A DNA stretch of 47,174 bases from positions 1 through 47,174 of the forward strand of contig JBDKRC010000180.1 of the NCBI GenBank assembly GCA_039683575.1. Reading direction: 5' to 3'. The notes under the pieces were generated by a model. That model made no database searches. It saw only the letters and a list, made by a program, of their open reading frames with translations, and was not told the DNA's origin. Positions 19,131 to 28,027 of the stretch are shown piece after piece; position 1 is the stretch's first letter, and each line of letters begins with the position of its first letter. The translations under genes and the position numbers were made by a program. This DNA is from Armatimonadia bacterium (GTDB lineage Bacteria > Armatimonadota > Zipacnadia > Zipacnadales > UBA11051).

Positions 19131-21797
19131 ATGAGCGCGCGCAAACGACCGCCGGGCAATCTGCTTCGGCTGCGGCCGCCCGGAATCACCGGGGTGATTC
19201 CGCGCCCGCGTCTTGCCGACAAGCTTGCTGCTGTTGAGGCAAGCCGCGTGGTCCTGATGGTCGCGCCGGCAGGCAGTGGCAAGACTACGGCGGCAGCTCA
19301 GTGGCTTCACGAGGTTGGCCATCCCTTCGCCTGGGTCTCACTGGACGCACACCACGATGATCTGAGTACCTTCACTACTGTCGTCTCAGACGCCCTGGAG
19401 CTTGGTCTGCAGCGCGCCCCGCGCCACCTGCGACTCCTGCTACACGCAACCCCTCCATTGGTGCCGGAGACCGTCTCGGACGCCCTGGTCGCCGACCTCG
19501 CCGCAGCAGACGACCCCTTCATCCTCACACTTGACGACTGCCACTATCTGCATTCGCCGCCGATGCTCGAGACGATGCGGCTGGCGATCAGGTACCTGCC
19601 TGACAACGTGCAGCTATTCCTGCTGTCACGACGCCCACTCGATTTCGCCCTGACACGGTTGCGCCTTTCCAACGCCATCGCCGAGCTTGGAGCCGCTGAT
19701 CTGCGTTTCTGCTTCGATGAGATTCAGGCTCTGGCTGGGCGCGAGCTAGGGGTAGTACTCGGGGATGAGGAGCTCAATGCCCTGGAGGAGCGTACCAGGG
19801 GCTGGGCGGCGGGATTGCGCCTCGCCCTGTTGGGAATGCAGCAGGGCGCCTCGCCCACGGAGTTCCTGCACAGGTTCAGCGGCCGCCACCGGTATGTGCA
19901 CCAGTACTTCACTGAGGAGGTCCTGAAGCAAGAACCGCCCCACATCCACAGCTTTCTCCTGCATACCTGCATCGCCGACGCCGTGTGTGAGGATCTGTGT
20001 GCGGCCGTGCTGCCACGGGACGGGACGCCGCGAGCGACCCTGAGGGAGGTAGTGCAGCGCGGCCTCTTCACCTTCTCACGGGATGATGAGGACCGCTGGT
20101 TCTCCTACCATCCTCTGCTCAGGGACTCCCTTGCCACCCGGCTGGCGCAGGTTGAGGACCCCGAGGCCATCAGCGCACTCCATAGCCGCGCTGCCGATTG
20201 GTTTGCGGCCCATCACCGGCCGGAGGAGGCAATCTGTCATGCCGCCATCGGCGGCCGTCGAGACCTGGCCGTCGGAATGGTAGCAGAGCAGCTTCCCCGC
20301 TGCCTCGCGGATGATGACCACCACACCCTGGCGCGATGGCTGGGCCGTTTCAGCCCCCGGGACATCGAGAACAGCATCCACCTGACGTTTGCACAGGCCT
20401 GCGTCCATGCGCGCAACTGCCAACCCGCCAACTTGTCCGCGGTGCTTCACAAGCTCGAGAGTTTCCCCCAGAAACAGCGTAGTATTCTCAGTCGCCCACC
20501 GTATCTCTGCCATCTGGCGCGCCTCAAACAGGAAGTCGCCATCTGGCAAGGCGACTGGCACACCGTGTTGGGCCTGGCTCAGCAGATGAGAAGCCTGGCG
20601 CCATTTGAGCTTTCACCGACTCACATATGCACGGGCCTCGGCGCCCTTGCCCTGCAGAGACTCGGACGACTTGAGGAGGCACTCCGCTGGTTAGGTGATC
20701 TCCGATCTACGGCCAGCGCGGACGCCATCGAGTTCTTTGACATCTGCGACGGTCTTATTCGCGTTGCTGAGGCCGATCTGCCTGAGTTGCAGCGCCTCAC
20801 CAGCCGCCTCAATGAGATGGCGGAACACACAGCACGGCCCAGAGCGAGGCTCTGGTCACACTTCTTCGGGGGGCTGCTCTGCTATGAATCTGGGCGCCTG
20901 CCCGAGGCGCTCGCGGAGTTCAGGCAGGGCTTGGAGCTTTCCGTTCACGGACCGGCGGAACTGCGGGCGGAGTGTCTGGTGGGACTGGCTGTCTCACACC
21001 TTGGGGTCGGCGACCTCAACGCCGCCGAGGACGTCGCCTGCGCGCTGGAGCGGGAGAATGCGACTCTGGGTTCCGATAGCTATGCTCTGCAACTGCGGTG
21101 GCTCCGGATGCGCATAGCCCTGGGGCGCGGACAACTCGCCGGAGGTCAGGTGCTACCGAGACCACTCAACCCGCCTCGGTTTGGGATGCTGCCATCGGTG
21201 TTGCTGCCCCATCACCTTTGCGCCCGGGCTGCTGTGCTGCATGGCGATGAGCAGGACGCGGGCAACGCACTTGAGTTGCTCGACCAGGTTCAGGAGGCGG
21301 CGGAAGCTGCTCACGATAGGCGGGCGGGGATCGGGGTCAAAGCCGTCCGGGCGCTGGCCCTGGCCAAACTCGGCCAACCCGAGCCGGCCGCCGCGGAACT
21401 ACAGGAAGCACTGCAGCACGGCGCTCCCGGCGACTTTGTCCGTACCTTCGTTGATCTCGGCGCGCCAATGAAGGCCCTGCTGCAAACGGCGACGCTTCCG
21501 GCAACCCACAGGCCGAGAGTTGAGGCTCTGCTGGCAGCCTTCACTAGACACGCGCCGGGAAAACAGCCCGGCCTGCTCAGCGAGCGCGAAGTCGAGGTCC
21601 TGGAGTTGCTGGCCACTCAGCTGTCGAGGAAGGAAATCGCCCAGCACCTGCACATCTCTGTGCTGACCGTGCGCAGTCACAACTACCGCATCTACAAGAA
21701 GTTGGGGGTCAAGACGCGCAAGCAGGCGCTCAGCGAAGCTCGGCGACGGCAACTGCTGCCACCGCCACAGACCGAGGCCGGCACTGACGAGGGATGA
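19131..21797 (+). CDS. MalT-like LuxR-family (STAND/LAL) ATP-dependent transcriptional regulator
   Basis: Walker A APAGSGKTT, WVSLD, Walker B LTLDDCH, TRGWAAGLRL, helical sensor region and C-terminal LuxR HTH (LSEREVEVLELL...IAQHLHISVLTVRSH...IYKKLGV). Confidence 0.93.
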   Translation: MSARKRPPGNLLRLRPPGITGVIPRPRLADKLAAVEASRVVLMVAPAGSGKTTAAAQWLHEVGHPFAWVSLDAHHDDLSTFTTVVSDALELGLQRAPRHLRLLLHATPPLVPETVSDALVADLAAADDPFILTLDDCHYLHSPPMLETMRLAIRYLPDNVQLFLLSRRPLDFALTRLRLSNAIAELGAADLRFCFDEIQALAGRELGVVLGDEELNALEERTRGWAAGLRLALLGMQQGASPTEFLHRFSGRHRYVHQYFTEEVLKQEPPHIHSFLLHTCIADAVCEDLCAAVLPRDGTPRATLREVVQRGLFTFSRDDEDRWFSYHPLLRDSLATRLAQVEDPEAISALHSRAADWFAAHHRPEEAICHAAIGGRRDLAVGMVAEQLPRCLADDDHHTLARWLGRFSPRDIENSIHLTFAQACVHARNCQPANLSAVLHKLESFPQKQRSILSRPPYLCHLARLKQEVAIWQGDWHTVLGLAQQMRSLAPFELSPTHICTGLGALALQRLGRLEEALRWLGDLRSTASADAIEFFDICDGLIRVAEADLPELQRLTSRLNEMAEHTARPRARLWSHFFGGLLCYESGRLPEALAEFRQGLELSVHGPAELRAECLVGLAVSHLGVGDLNAAEDVACALERENATLGSDSYALQLRWLRMRIALGRGQLAGGQVLPRPLNPPRFGMLPSVLLPHHLCARAAVLHGDEQDAGNALELLDQVQEAAEAAHDRRAGIGVKAVRALALAKLGQPEPAAAELQEALQHGAPGDFVRTFVDLGAPMKALLQTATLPATHRPRVEALLAAFTRHAPGKQPGLLSEREVEVLELLATQLSRKEIAQHLHISVLTVRSHNYRIYKKLGVKTRKQALSEARRRQLLPPPQTEAGTDEG

Positions 21798-21815
21798 AGA
21801 CCGAGCAGAAATGAA

Positions 21816-21857
21816 AAATGGCTCTCACTGTCATTTCTGACGTTGTGAGAGCCATTT
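21816..21857. terminator. Bidirectional terminator between the regulator and tRNA-Phe
   Basis: Arms aaatggctctca/tgagagccattt, with a T-tract on the minus strand. Confidence 0.8.
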
Positions 21858-21866
21858 CGGTTACTA

Positions 21867-21942
<76 letters not shown>

Positions 21943-22006
21943 GTATGTGCGATGCAGGCCGTCCCTGACCCCTGTACCCGACCCCTGAGACCTGCCTCTC
22001 TACGCA

Positions 22007-22083
22007 TGGTGGGCGGTGCGGGACTCGAACCTGCGACATCATGCGTGTAAAGCATGCGCTCTAACCAACTGAGCTAACCGCCC
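22007..22083 (-). tRNA. tRNA-Val (TAC)
   Basis: 77-nt cloverleaf, anticodon arm CATGC-TTTACAC-GCATG, encoded CCA. Confidence 0.97.
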
Positions 22084-22124
22084 GAGATTATCAAACACCA
22101 CAACGACTTGTGGATTGCAACTTA

Positions 22125-22199
22125 TGGTAGCCCCAAGGGGAGTCGAACCCCTACCTCAGCCTTGAAAGGGCCGTATCCTAACCACTAGACCATGGGGCC
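22125..22199 (-). tRNA. tRNA-Glu (TTC)
   Basis: 75-nt cloverleaf GGCCCCATGGTCTAGTGG..., anticodon arm CGGCC-CTTTCAA-GGCTG, encoded CCA. Confidence 0.97.
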
Positions 22200-22254
22200 T
22201 CTGAACACCGTGCGCGGGCGCAAACTCCTGGCCTGCCGCCCGATGGGTTATGAA

Positions 22255-22330
22255 TGGTAGGCCGTATAGGGATCGAACCTATGACCCTCGGATTAAAAGT
22301 CCGATGCTCTACCAACTGAGCTAACGGCCC
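22255..22330 (-). tRNA. tRNA-Lys (TTT)
   Basis: 76-nt cloverleaf, anticodon arm TCGGA-CTTTTAA-TCCGA, encoded CCA. Confidence 0.97.
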
Positions 22331-22390
22331 ACGCACGCGCTAAGCAACCAAAGCGCGCCGCCTGATGGCTCAGGCCGCGCTTGGATCGAT

Positions 22391-22419
22391 ATGATACCGT
22401 ACCTGCCACCGGCTGTCAA
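22391..22419 (-). promoter_or_regulatory. Sigma70-type promoter of the tRNA operon
   Basis: Minus strand TTGACA-N17-TATCAT, about 60 nt upstream of tRNA-Lys. Confidence 0.85.
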
Positions 22420-22438
22420 CTAGCTTTCCGACACCTCA

Positions 22439-23362
22439 TCACCGCGAAACCTCAAGCACAATCTTCCCCTGCGTGTGCTGTCCTTGCAGATGGCGCCAGG
22501 CCTCTGCCGCCTGCTCGAGCGGATACGTTGCCGCTACAACCGGCTTCAGGACCCCCTCCTCGATTAGCCGCGTGAGGTGCTCCAGATTCCGGCACGACGG
22601 CTGCATCATGTATACCTCGGCGCGAATGCCCCGCTCCGCTGCCTTCTCTGCCGACGGCTCCTGAACCGTTGTGATGAGCGTCCCGCCGCGTTTGACTACC
22701 CCGCACGAGCGCTCCAGCGTCTCACCGCCGATCAGGTCAAACACGAGATCGAGATCCGACACTTTGTCCTCGAATTTCGTCTGCTTGTAGTCGATTAGCT
22801 GGTCCACTCCCAGTGAGCGCAGGTACTCCTCATCCTGAACCGATCCTGTGGCGGTCACCTCGGCACCCTTCCAGTGGGCGAGTTGGACCGCGAAAGTGCC
22901 CACTCCCCCGGGAGCGCCGTGGATCAGCACCCGTTGCCCCTTCTCAAGTTGGCCGTGGTCAAACAACCCCTGCCACGCTGTCTGCGCCGCAAGCGGAACG
23001 CTGGCCGCTTCCACGAAGCTCAGGCTAGGGGGCTTGGCGGCTACCCACTCTAGTTTGGTGGCCACGAACTCCGCATAGCCGCCGCCCGGACGGCAGTCAC
23101 CATATACCTCGGCACCTATTTCGAGACCCTCGATGTCCTCGCCCACGCTGTCTATTATCCCCGCGAAGTCGCCGCCAGGTGTCCACGGAAGCGGCGGGCT
23201 TCCCTTGCGGTAGGCTCCAGACGCCAGCTTGTAGTCCACGGGGTTCACCGAGGCCGCCCGCACCCGCACCAGGACCTCCCCTGCCCCCGCCTCCGGCTGT
23301 GGCGCGTCTTCATACTGCAGGCGCTCGGCTCCGCCATACTCGTGTATCCGCACAGTCTTCAT
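22439..23362 (-). CDS. NADP-dependent oxidoreductase (MDR/quinone oxidoreductase family)
   Basis: ASVNPVDYK, PGGDFAG, AASVPLAAQTAWQGL, HGAPGGVG and GKIVL motifs. Confidence 0.93.
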   Translation of the reverse strand: MKTVRIHEYGGAERLQYEDAPQPEAGAGEVLVRVRAASVNPVDYKLASGAYRKGSPPLPWTPGGDFAGIIDSVGEDIEGLEIGAEVYGDCRPGGGYAEFVATKLEWVAAKPPSLSFVEAASVPLAAQTAWQGLFDHGQLEKGQRVLIHGAPGGVGTFAVQLAHWKGAEVTATGSVQDEEYLRSLGVDQLIDYKQTKFEDKVSDLDLVFDLIGGETLERSCGVVKRGGTLITTVQEPSAEKAAERGIRAEVYMMQPSCRNLEHLTRLIEEGVLKPVVAATYPLEQAAEAWRHLQGQHTQGKIVLEVSR

Positions 23363-23540
23363 TTCGCATCTCCTTGAATCTCGCTACTTTGCGCATAGAC
23401 GCACGCTCCGCGGCGCATGGTTCGGGCGTTGTACCGTCATCCAGGCTACAGCGCGCGAAACCCCCGCCACGAAGGAACTGTCCACTTCTGCGGGGAAGCA
23501 ATCACTCAGAAGCCGAGCGACCAACAGGAGAAGAGCCGCC

Positions 23541-26500
23541 ATGAAGACGAAGCTACTTGTCCTCTGCATATCCGTCATATTGCCCGTGGCCTTGCAGGCT
23601 AAGGTCCTGGTAGTCAAGCAGACCCTCGGCCAACTCGCGGCCGGCAAGCAGATCCTGACCAACGGCGATCTTGAGAAGGTCCAGGACGGCCAGATCGAGG
23701 GCATCAAGCCCTGGGACAAGGGCTACGTCGTCGACTCTGTTGCCCGCAGCGGCAAAGTCTCGGCCAAGACCGAACTCGCCGCCGGAGACGAAAGCCACAG
23801 GGGCCTCACCTACACCGTCACTCTCGACCAGAAGCAGCCCCTCCCCTTCACCGCCGAACTGTGGAGCAAGGCCAGGGACGTCAGCGGCACCGCCGACAGC
23901 AACTACTCGCTCTACATCGACCTCACCTACATGGACGGCTCTCCACTGTGGGGCAACATCGCCCCCTTCTCCATCGGCACCCACGATTGGGAGAAGCGCA
24001 CCGTCACCATTGTCCCCGACAAACCGGTGAAGGAAGTCTCCTTCCACGGCATCTTCCGTGGCCACACCGGCACCGCGTGGTTCGACGACTTCGCCTTCTA
24101 CATGCTCGACCTGCCGTCGGGCGCAGCTACGTTCGACGGCGTGCCAGTGCTCAAGCAGCAGCCCTCGGCCACCAAACCTGATGACATGCTCAAGGGCGCG
24201 GTCCTTGGCGGCGGTGTATCGGACAAGGTGGTCATGCTCGACAACGAGGGCCGCTGGATCGTCCCCTCGCTCTCCCGTCCGAGCGGCCTCTTTCTCCGCG
24301 ACGTCACCCGCAAGTCCGACTTCCGCCAGCCCCTCGGCACAGTCACCAAAGGCCCCAAAGGCTACCACTTCGAAGCCACCGACGAGGAACTCGGTCTCAA
24401 GCTAACCGCCGACTACTCAGGCCTGGGCGCCGGCGCCAACAACGCCGTCAAGGTGGACGGCACCATTGAGGACCTCACCGGGCAAGATCGCGGCGTCAGC
24501 GTCTATTGCAGCCTCCCCATGCCCGCCCGGACCTGGCACGACGACATGCGCACCAGCCGCAAGGTCGAGGATGGCCAGAGCTACGCCATGACCACCACGG
24601 TGGGCTGCGGCGCTAACGGCAAGATGTCCCTCTACCCCTTCTCCTGCGTCAGCAACGGCGACCAGAGCGCCTGTCTGGCCACACCCCTCGACCCACCGCG
24701 GCTCTACCGCTTCGCCTATGACGCCACCAGCCACGAGCTCTTCGGTGTGCAGGACCTCGGCCTGAGCAAGGACGCCAAGACCCCCGGCAAGGCGACCTTC
24801 TCCTTCGTCCTCTATCGCCTCTGGCCCGGCCAGTTCCGCGAGGCCCTCGACACGTACTACCAACTCTTCCCCGACTACTTCAAGAAGCGCACGACCGTCG
24901 AGGGCAACTGGATGGCCTTCGATGACATCGGCGCGGTCACCAACCCCGAGGACTTCCACTTCGCCTTCAAAGAGGGCACCAACAACCCCGACTACGACGA
25001 GGCCCATGGCATCCTGACCTACACCTACGTCGAGCCGGCCAGCTACTGGCTCGCCATGGGCAAGCTCCCCCGCACGCCCGAGGCTGCCATGAAGCTGCTG
25101 AACGAACAGGCCGCGCAGAAGCCGCCGCAAGCGCGGGCCTCCGCCACCCTCACCTCCGGCATCCGCAAGGCTGACGGCTCCCTGCAGATGAGCATCGAGG
25201 ACACGCCGTGGTGCGATGGCGCCCTGTTCATCAACAACCCCGACCCCGACATTCCGGTCACCCCCGAGCTGCCGATCAACCAGGCCGCTGTGCTATGGAG
25301 CTCAATCAACAGCGCCCTCGGTACCACCCAGGCCGAGACCGCCATCGGCAACTGGCGTCCCTGGGAAGAGGGCTACGCCGCCGCGCCCGGCCAGGGACGC
25401 AATGGCTCGCAAGCCGCCTACCTGAGCCGCCCCACAATCGGCGCGGGCCAGGGCGTCGGCCAGTTCGTCTCCGTCGCCCAGCAGCAACCGGGCAAGCTCA
25501 TCGTCAGCGCCTGGTGCAAGGCCGAAAGCGTCACCGGCGAGGAAGACAGGGATTTCTCCCTGTACTGCGACCTCAACCTCAAGGACGGCCAGCAGAGCTG
25601 GGGCCACAGCGTCCCCTTCACCCTCGGCACCCACGACTGGGAACGCAAGGAACTGGTCATTGACGTACCCACCCCCGTCCAGAGCATCTCCCTGTGGCTG
25701 CTCTTCCGCGGCAACCACACCGGGAAAGTGTGGTTCGACGATGTCTCGGTCACAGCCCAGGGCTCCGACAAGAACCTCGTCCAGAACCCCGGTCTGGAGC
25801 CCAAGCAGGTCAGCAAGGCCGTCATTGACGGCACCTACATCGACTCGCTCGAAATGGCCGCCTCGACGCTCGACTTCGACCGCCGCTGGCGCGCCAGCGA
25901 CAGCCCGCTGGTCTTCACAATGAACGATGGCCTCCCCGCGCAATTGCTCATGTTCGGAACCTATGACTTCATCAAGGACGTCAGCGAGAAGATGCACGCC
26001 CAGGGCAAGACAATCTTCGCCAACTCCGCTCTGCATCGTTTCGCCCAACCAGCCGCCGTGCTCGACGTGATGGGCACCGAGACCAACTGGAACCGCGGCG
26101 AGGTCTGGTCGCCGATGCACGACGCCGACTGTAACTTCAAGCGCGCCATGTGCTACCAGCGCCCGTACCTGCTCCTTCAGAACACGGTGTTCGAGGAAAT
26201 GCCGGTCGAAAAGATCGAAAAGTACATGAAGCGCTCGATCTTCTACGGTCTCTTCCCCAGCTTCTTCTCCCACAACGCGTCCGAGCGCACCTACTGGACC
26301 CGGCCCGAGATCTACAACCGTGACCGTCACCTGTTCAAGAAGTACCTCCCCGTCGCCCAGGCCATCAGCGCGGCCGGATGGGAGCCCGTGACCTGCGCCG
26401 CCACCGGCAACGACAGCGTCTACATCGAGCGCTGGGGCAAGGGCGGCAAGGTCTACTTCACCCTCTTCAACGACAGCGACAAGCCCCAGCAGTACACCCT

Positions 26501-26645
26501 GAAGCTGCAATACAAGGCCCTCGGCCTCAAGGAAATGCCGAAGCAGTTTACCGACGTCCTGACAGGTGACAAAATCCAGACCGCGGAGGCCCTCAAGGCC
26601 ACGCTGGAACCCGAGGACTTGCGGGTCCTGGCGGTTGGGCTGTAG
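23541..26645 (+). CDS. Secreted multidomain putative glycoside hydrolase with two CBM4/9-like carbohydrate-binding modules
   Basis: Signal peptide and AGGAG RBS. Two homologous modules (GTHDWE...FRG.HTG..WFDD) and barrel-like motifs YTYVEP, DGTYIDS and DVMGTE. Confidence 0.75.
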   Translation: MKTKLLVLCISVILPVALQAKVLVVKQTLGQLAAGKQILTNGDLEKVQDGQIEGIKPWDKGYVVDSVARSGKVSAKTELAAGDESHRGLTYTVTLDQKQPLPFTAELWSKARDVSGTADSNYSLYIDLTYMDGSPLWGNIAPFSIGTHDWEKRTVTIVPDKPVKEVSFHGIFRGHTGTAWFDDFAFYMLDLPSGAATFDGVPVLKQQPSATKPDDMLKGAVLGGGVSDKVVMLDNEGRWIVPSLSRPSGLFLRDVTRKSDFRQPLGTVTKGPKGYHFEATDEELGLKLTADYSGLGAGANNAVKVDGTIEDLTGQDRGVSVYCSLPMPARTWHDDMRTSRKVEDGQSYAMTTTVGCGANGKMSLYPFSCVSNGDQSACLATPLDPPRLYRFAYDATSHELFGVQDLGLSKDAKTPGKATFSFVLYRLWPGQFREALDTYYQLFPDYFKKRTTVEGNWMAFDDIGAVTNPEDFHFAFKEGTNNPDYDEAHGILTYTYVEPASYWLAMGKLPRTPEAAMKLLNEQAAQKPPQARASATLTSGIRKADGSLQMSIEDTPWCDGALFINNPDPDIPVTPELPINQAAVLWSSINSALGTTQAETAIGNWRPWEEGYAAAPGQGRNGSQAAYLSRPTIGAGQGVGQFVSVAQQQPGKLIVSAWCKAESVTGEEDRDFSLYCDLNLKDGQQSWGHSVPFTLGTHDWERKELVIDVPTPVQSISLWLLFRGNHTGKVWFDDVSVTAQGSDKNLVQNPGLEPKQVSKAVIDGTYIDSLEMAASTLDFDRRWRASDSPLVFTMNDGLPAQLLMFGTYDFIKDVSEKMHAQGKTIFANSALHRFAQPAAVLDVMGTETNWNRGEVWSPMHDADCNFKRAMCYQRPYLLLQNTVFEEMPVEKIEKYMKRSIFYGLFPSFFSHNASERTYWTRPEIYNRDRHLFKKYLPVAQAISAAGWEPVTCAATGNDSVYIERWGKGGKVYFTLFNDSDKPQQYTLKLQYKALGLKEMPKQFTDVLTGDKIQTAEALKATLEPEDLRVLAVGL

Positions 26646-26786
26646 ACTGGAGCCCCAGAGCTTCCAGCCCCGACACCGCAGCAGAAGGCGTGGGTGGAAG
26701 CGGTTCCCAGCCTGACGGTCAGGCGAAGGGGCCTACCAGGTAGCCGTTCGCCGGGAGCGCAAAGCGACGTCCGCCGTTCGCCGTGT

Positions 26787-26950
26787 GGAGCGCGGGCATC
26801 CCTGCCCGCATGCCGTTGCCGTAGGTGCGCGGGCATCCTGCCCGCATGCCGTTGCCTTTGCCGTCAGGCCCGAAGGGCCATCCGGCCTCTAGCCAGGGCC
26901 GCAAGGCCCTGGTTCCCGGCCCAAATCATCTTGAGCCCCGAAGGGGCGAT
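26787..26950. repeat. REP-like palindromic repeat cluster
   Basis: Tandem copies ggagcgcgggcatccctgcccgcatgccgttgcc (26787) and ggtgcgcgggcatcctgcccgcatgccgttgcc (26824), plus hairpins ggcccgaagggcc, ccagggccgcaaggccctgg and gccccgaaggggc. Confidence 0.65.
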
Positions 26951-26971
26951 AGCAGCAACAAAAGGCACTTC

Positions 26972-27940
26972 ATGCGCTGCACTTGGTGGAACACTCTCAC
27001 CGGTTTCACCGGCCTCGGTGGCATACGCTGGATAGCCTCGATTCTCTGCGACCGTCACCGGCCTGACGCCGAGGACATCGCCCCGGAGGACCTGCGCGGC
27101 GCCGACTGCAGCGTGCTCCGGGTTGCAGGCAATGACGTGGTCTACTGCCGCCACGGCGAGGGCACGCCGGTGCTGGTCTTCATCCACGGCTTCGGCGAGC
27201 GGCTCCAAATCTGGCAGCCTATCCAGCAGGCCCTCGCCGGCCGCTACCCCAGCGTCTCACTCGACCTCTGGGGCTTCGGCGCCGCCCCGCGCCCCGAGGG
27301 CATCACGCCCCGCGATTGGGTAACCGAGGTCATGGGCCTGCTCGACGCGCTGGGCATAGACCGCGCGATATTCATCGGCCACTCCCTCGGCGCCCGCGTG
27401 TCACTCATGTGCGCCCGCGCCCACCCCGACCGCATCGCCGGACTTGTGCTGTGCGACGCCGACTGGGGCCAGGCTCCCCACGGCTATGTGCTGGTCTCAA
27501 TGCTGGCCCGCACGCCGCTCCTGCCGCGGATCGTCCGGGGAATCAGAACGCGCCGCGACCACCTCGAGCGCCTGGTGGACATGGTGTGGACACCGAACTT
27601 CGTGCTCAATGAATGCGACCTGCAGGCCCTGCACCAGCCCCTGCGGGTCAAGGGCACGGAGGCCTGCTGGCGCTCTTTAGCCTCTGCCCCACCCCTGCGA
27701 GACGTAAGGCGCCTCGCAGAAGACGTCAAGGCCCCATCTCTGGTAATATGGGGCGCGGACGACCCGGTGGTGCCGCTGTGGGCAGGCCAGAAGCTGGCCT
27801 GCAAGCTCCACGCCGAGCTAAAGGTCCTCCCCAACTGCGGCCACTTCTCCCCGGAGGAATACCCGGCTCAAGTGACGCAATGGATCGAGGAATTCCTTGC
27901 AGCAACGAAGCCGTACGAGCGGCTTCCAGCCGCGAGGTAG
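26972..27940 (+). CDS. Alpha/beta fold hydrolase
   Basis: FIHGFG oxyanion motif, DLWGFG, GHSLG nucleophile, WGADDPVV and CGHF. Start uncertain because the longer ORF runs through repeats. Confidence 0.88.
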   Translation: MRCTWWNTLTGFTGLGGIRWIASILCDRHRPDAEDIAPEDLRGADCSVLRVAGNDVVYCRHGEGTPVLVFIHGFGERLQIWQPIQQALAGRYPSVSLDLWGFGAAPRPEGITPRDWVTEVMGLLDALGIDRAIFIGHSLGARVSLMCARAHPDRIAGLVLCDADWGQAPHGYVLVSMLARTPLLPRIVRGIRTRRDHLERLVDMVWTPNFVLNECDLQALHQPLRVKGTEACWRSLASAPPLRDVRRLAEDVKAPSLVIWGADDPVVPLWAGQKLACKLHAELKVLPNCGHFSPEEYPAQVTQWIEEFLAATKPYERLPAAR

Positions 27941-28027
27941 CGCATCCACGACAACCCGAACGGCGGGTACGAGCTGCGATGCGGACATCGCCAAGCCCCG
28001 CCCTACAGAACGATAAGAGGTTCCATC

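Noticed and set aside
19131-21797. Assigning malT, or calling it an antiviral STAND (Avs)
   Set aside because: No maltose genes nearby, and the C-terminal LuxR HTH indicates a transcription activator rather than a defence effector.
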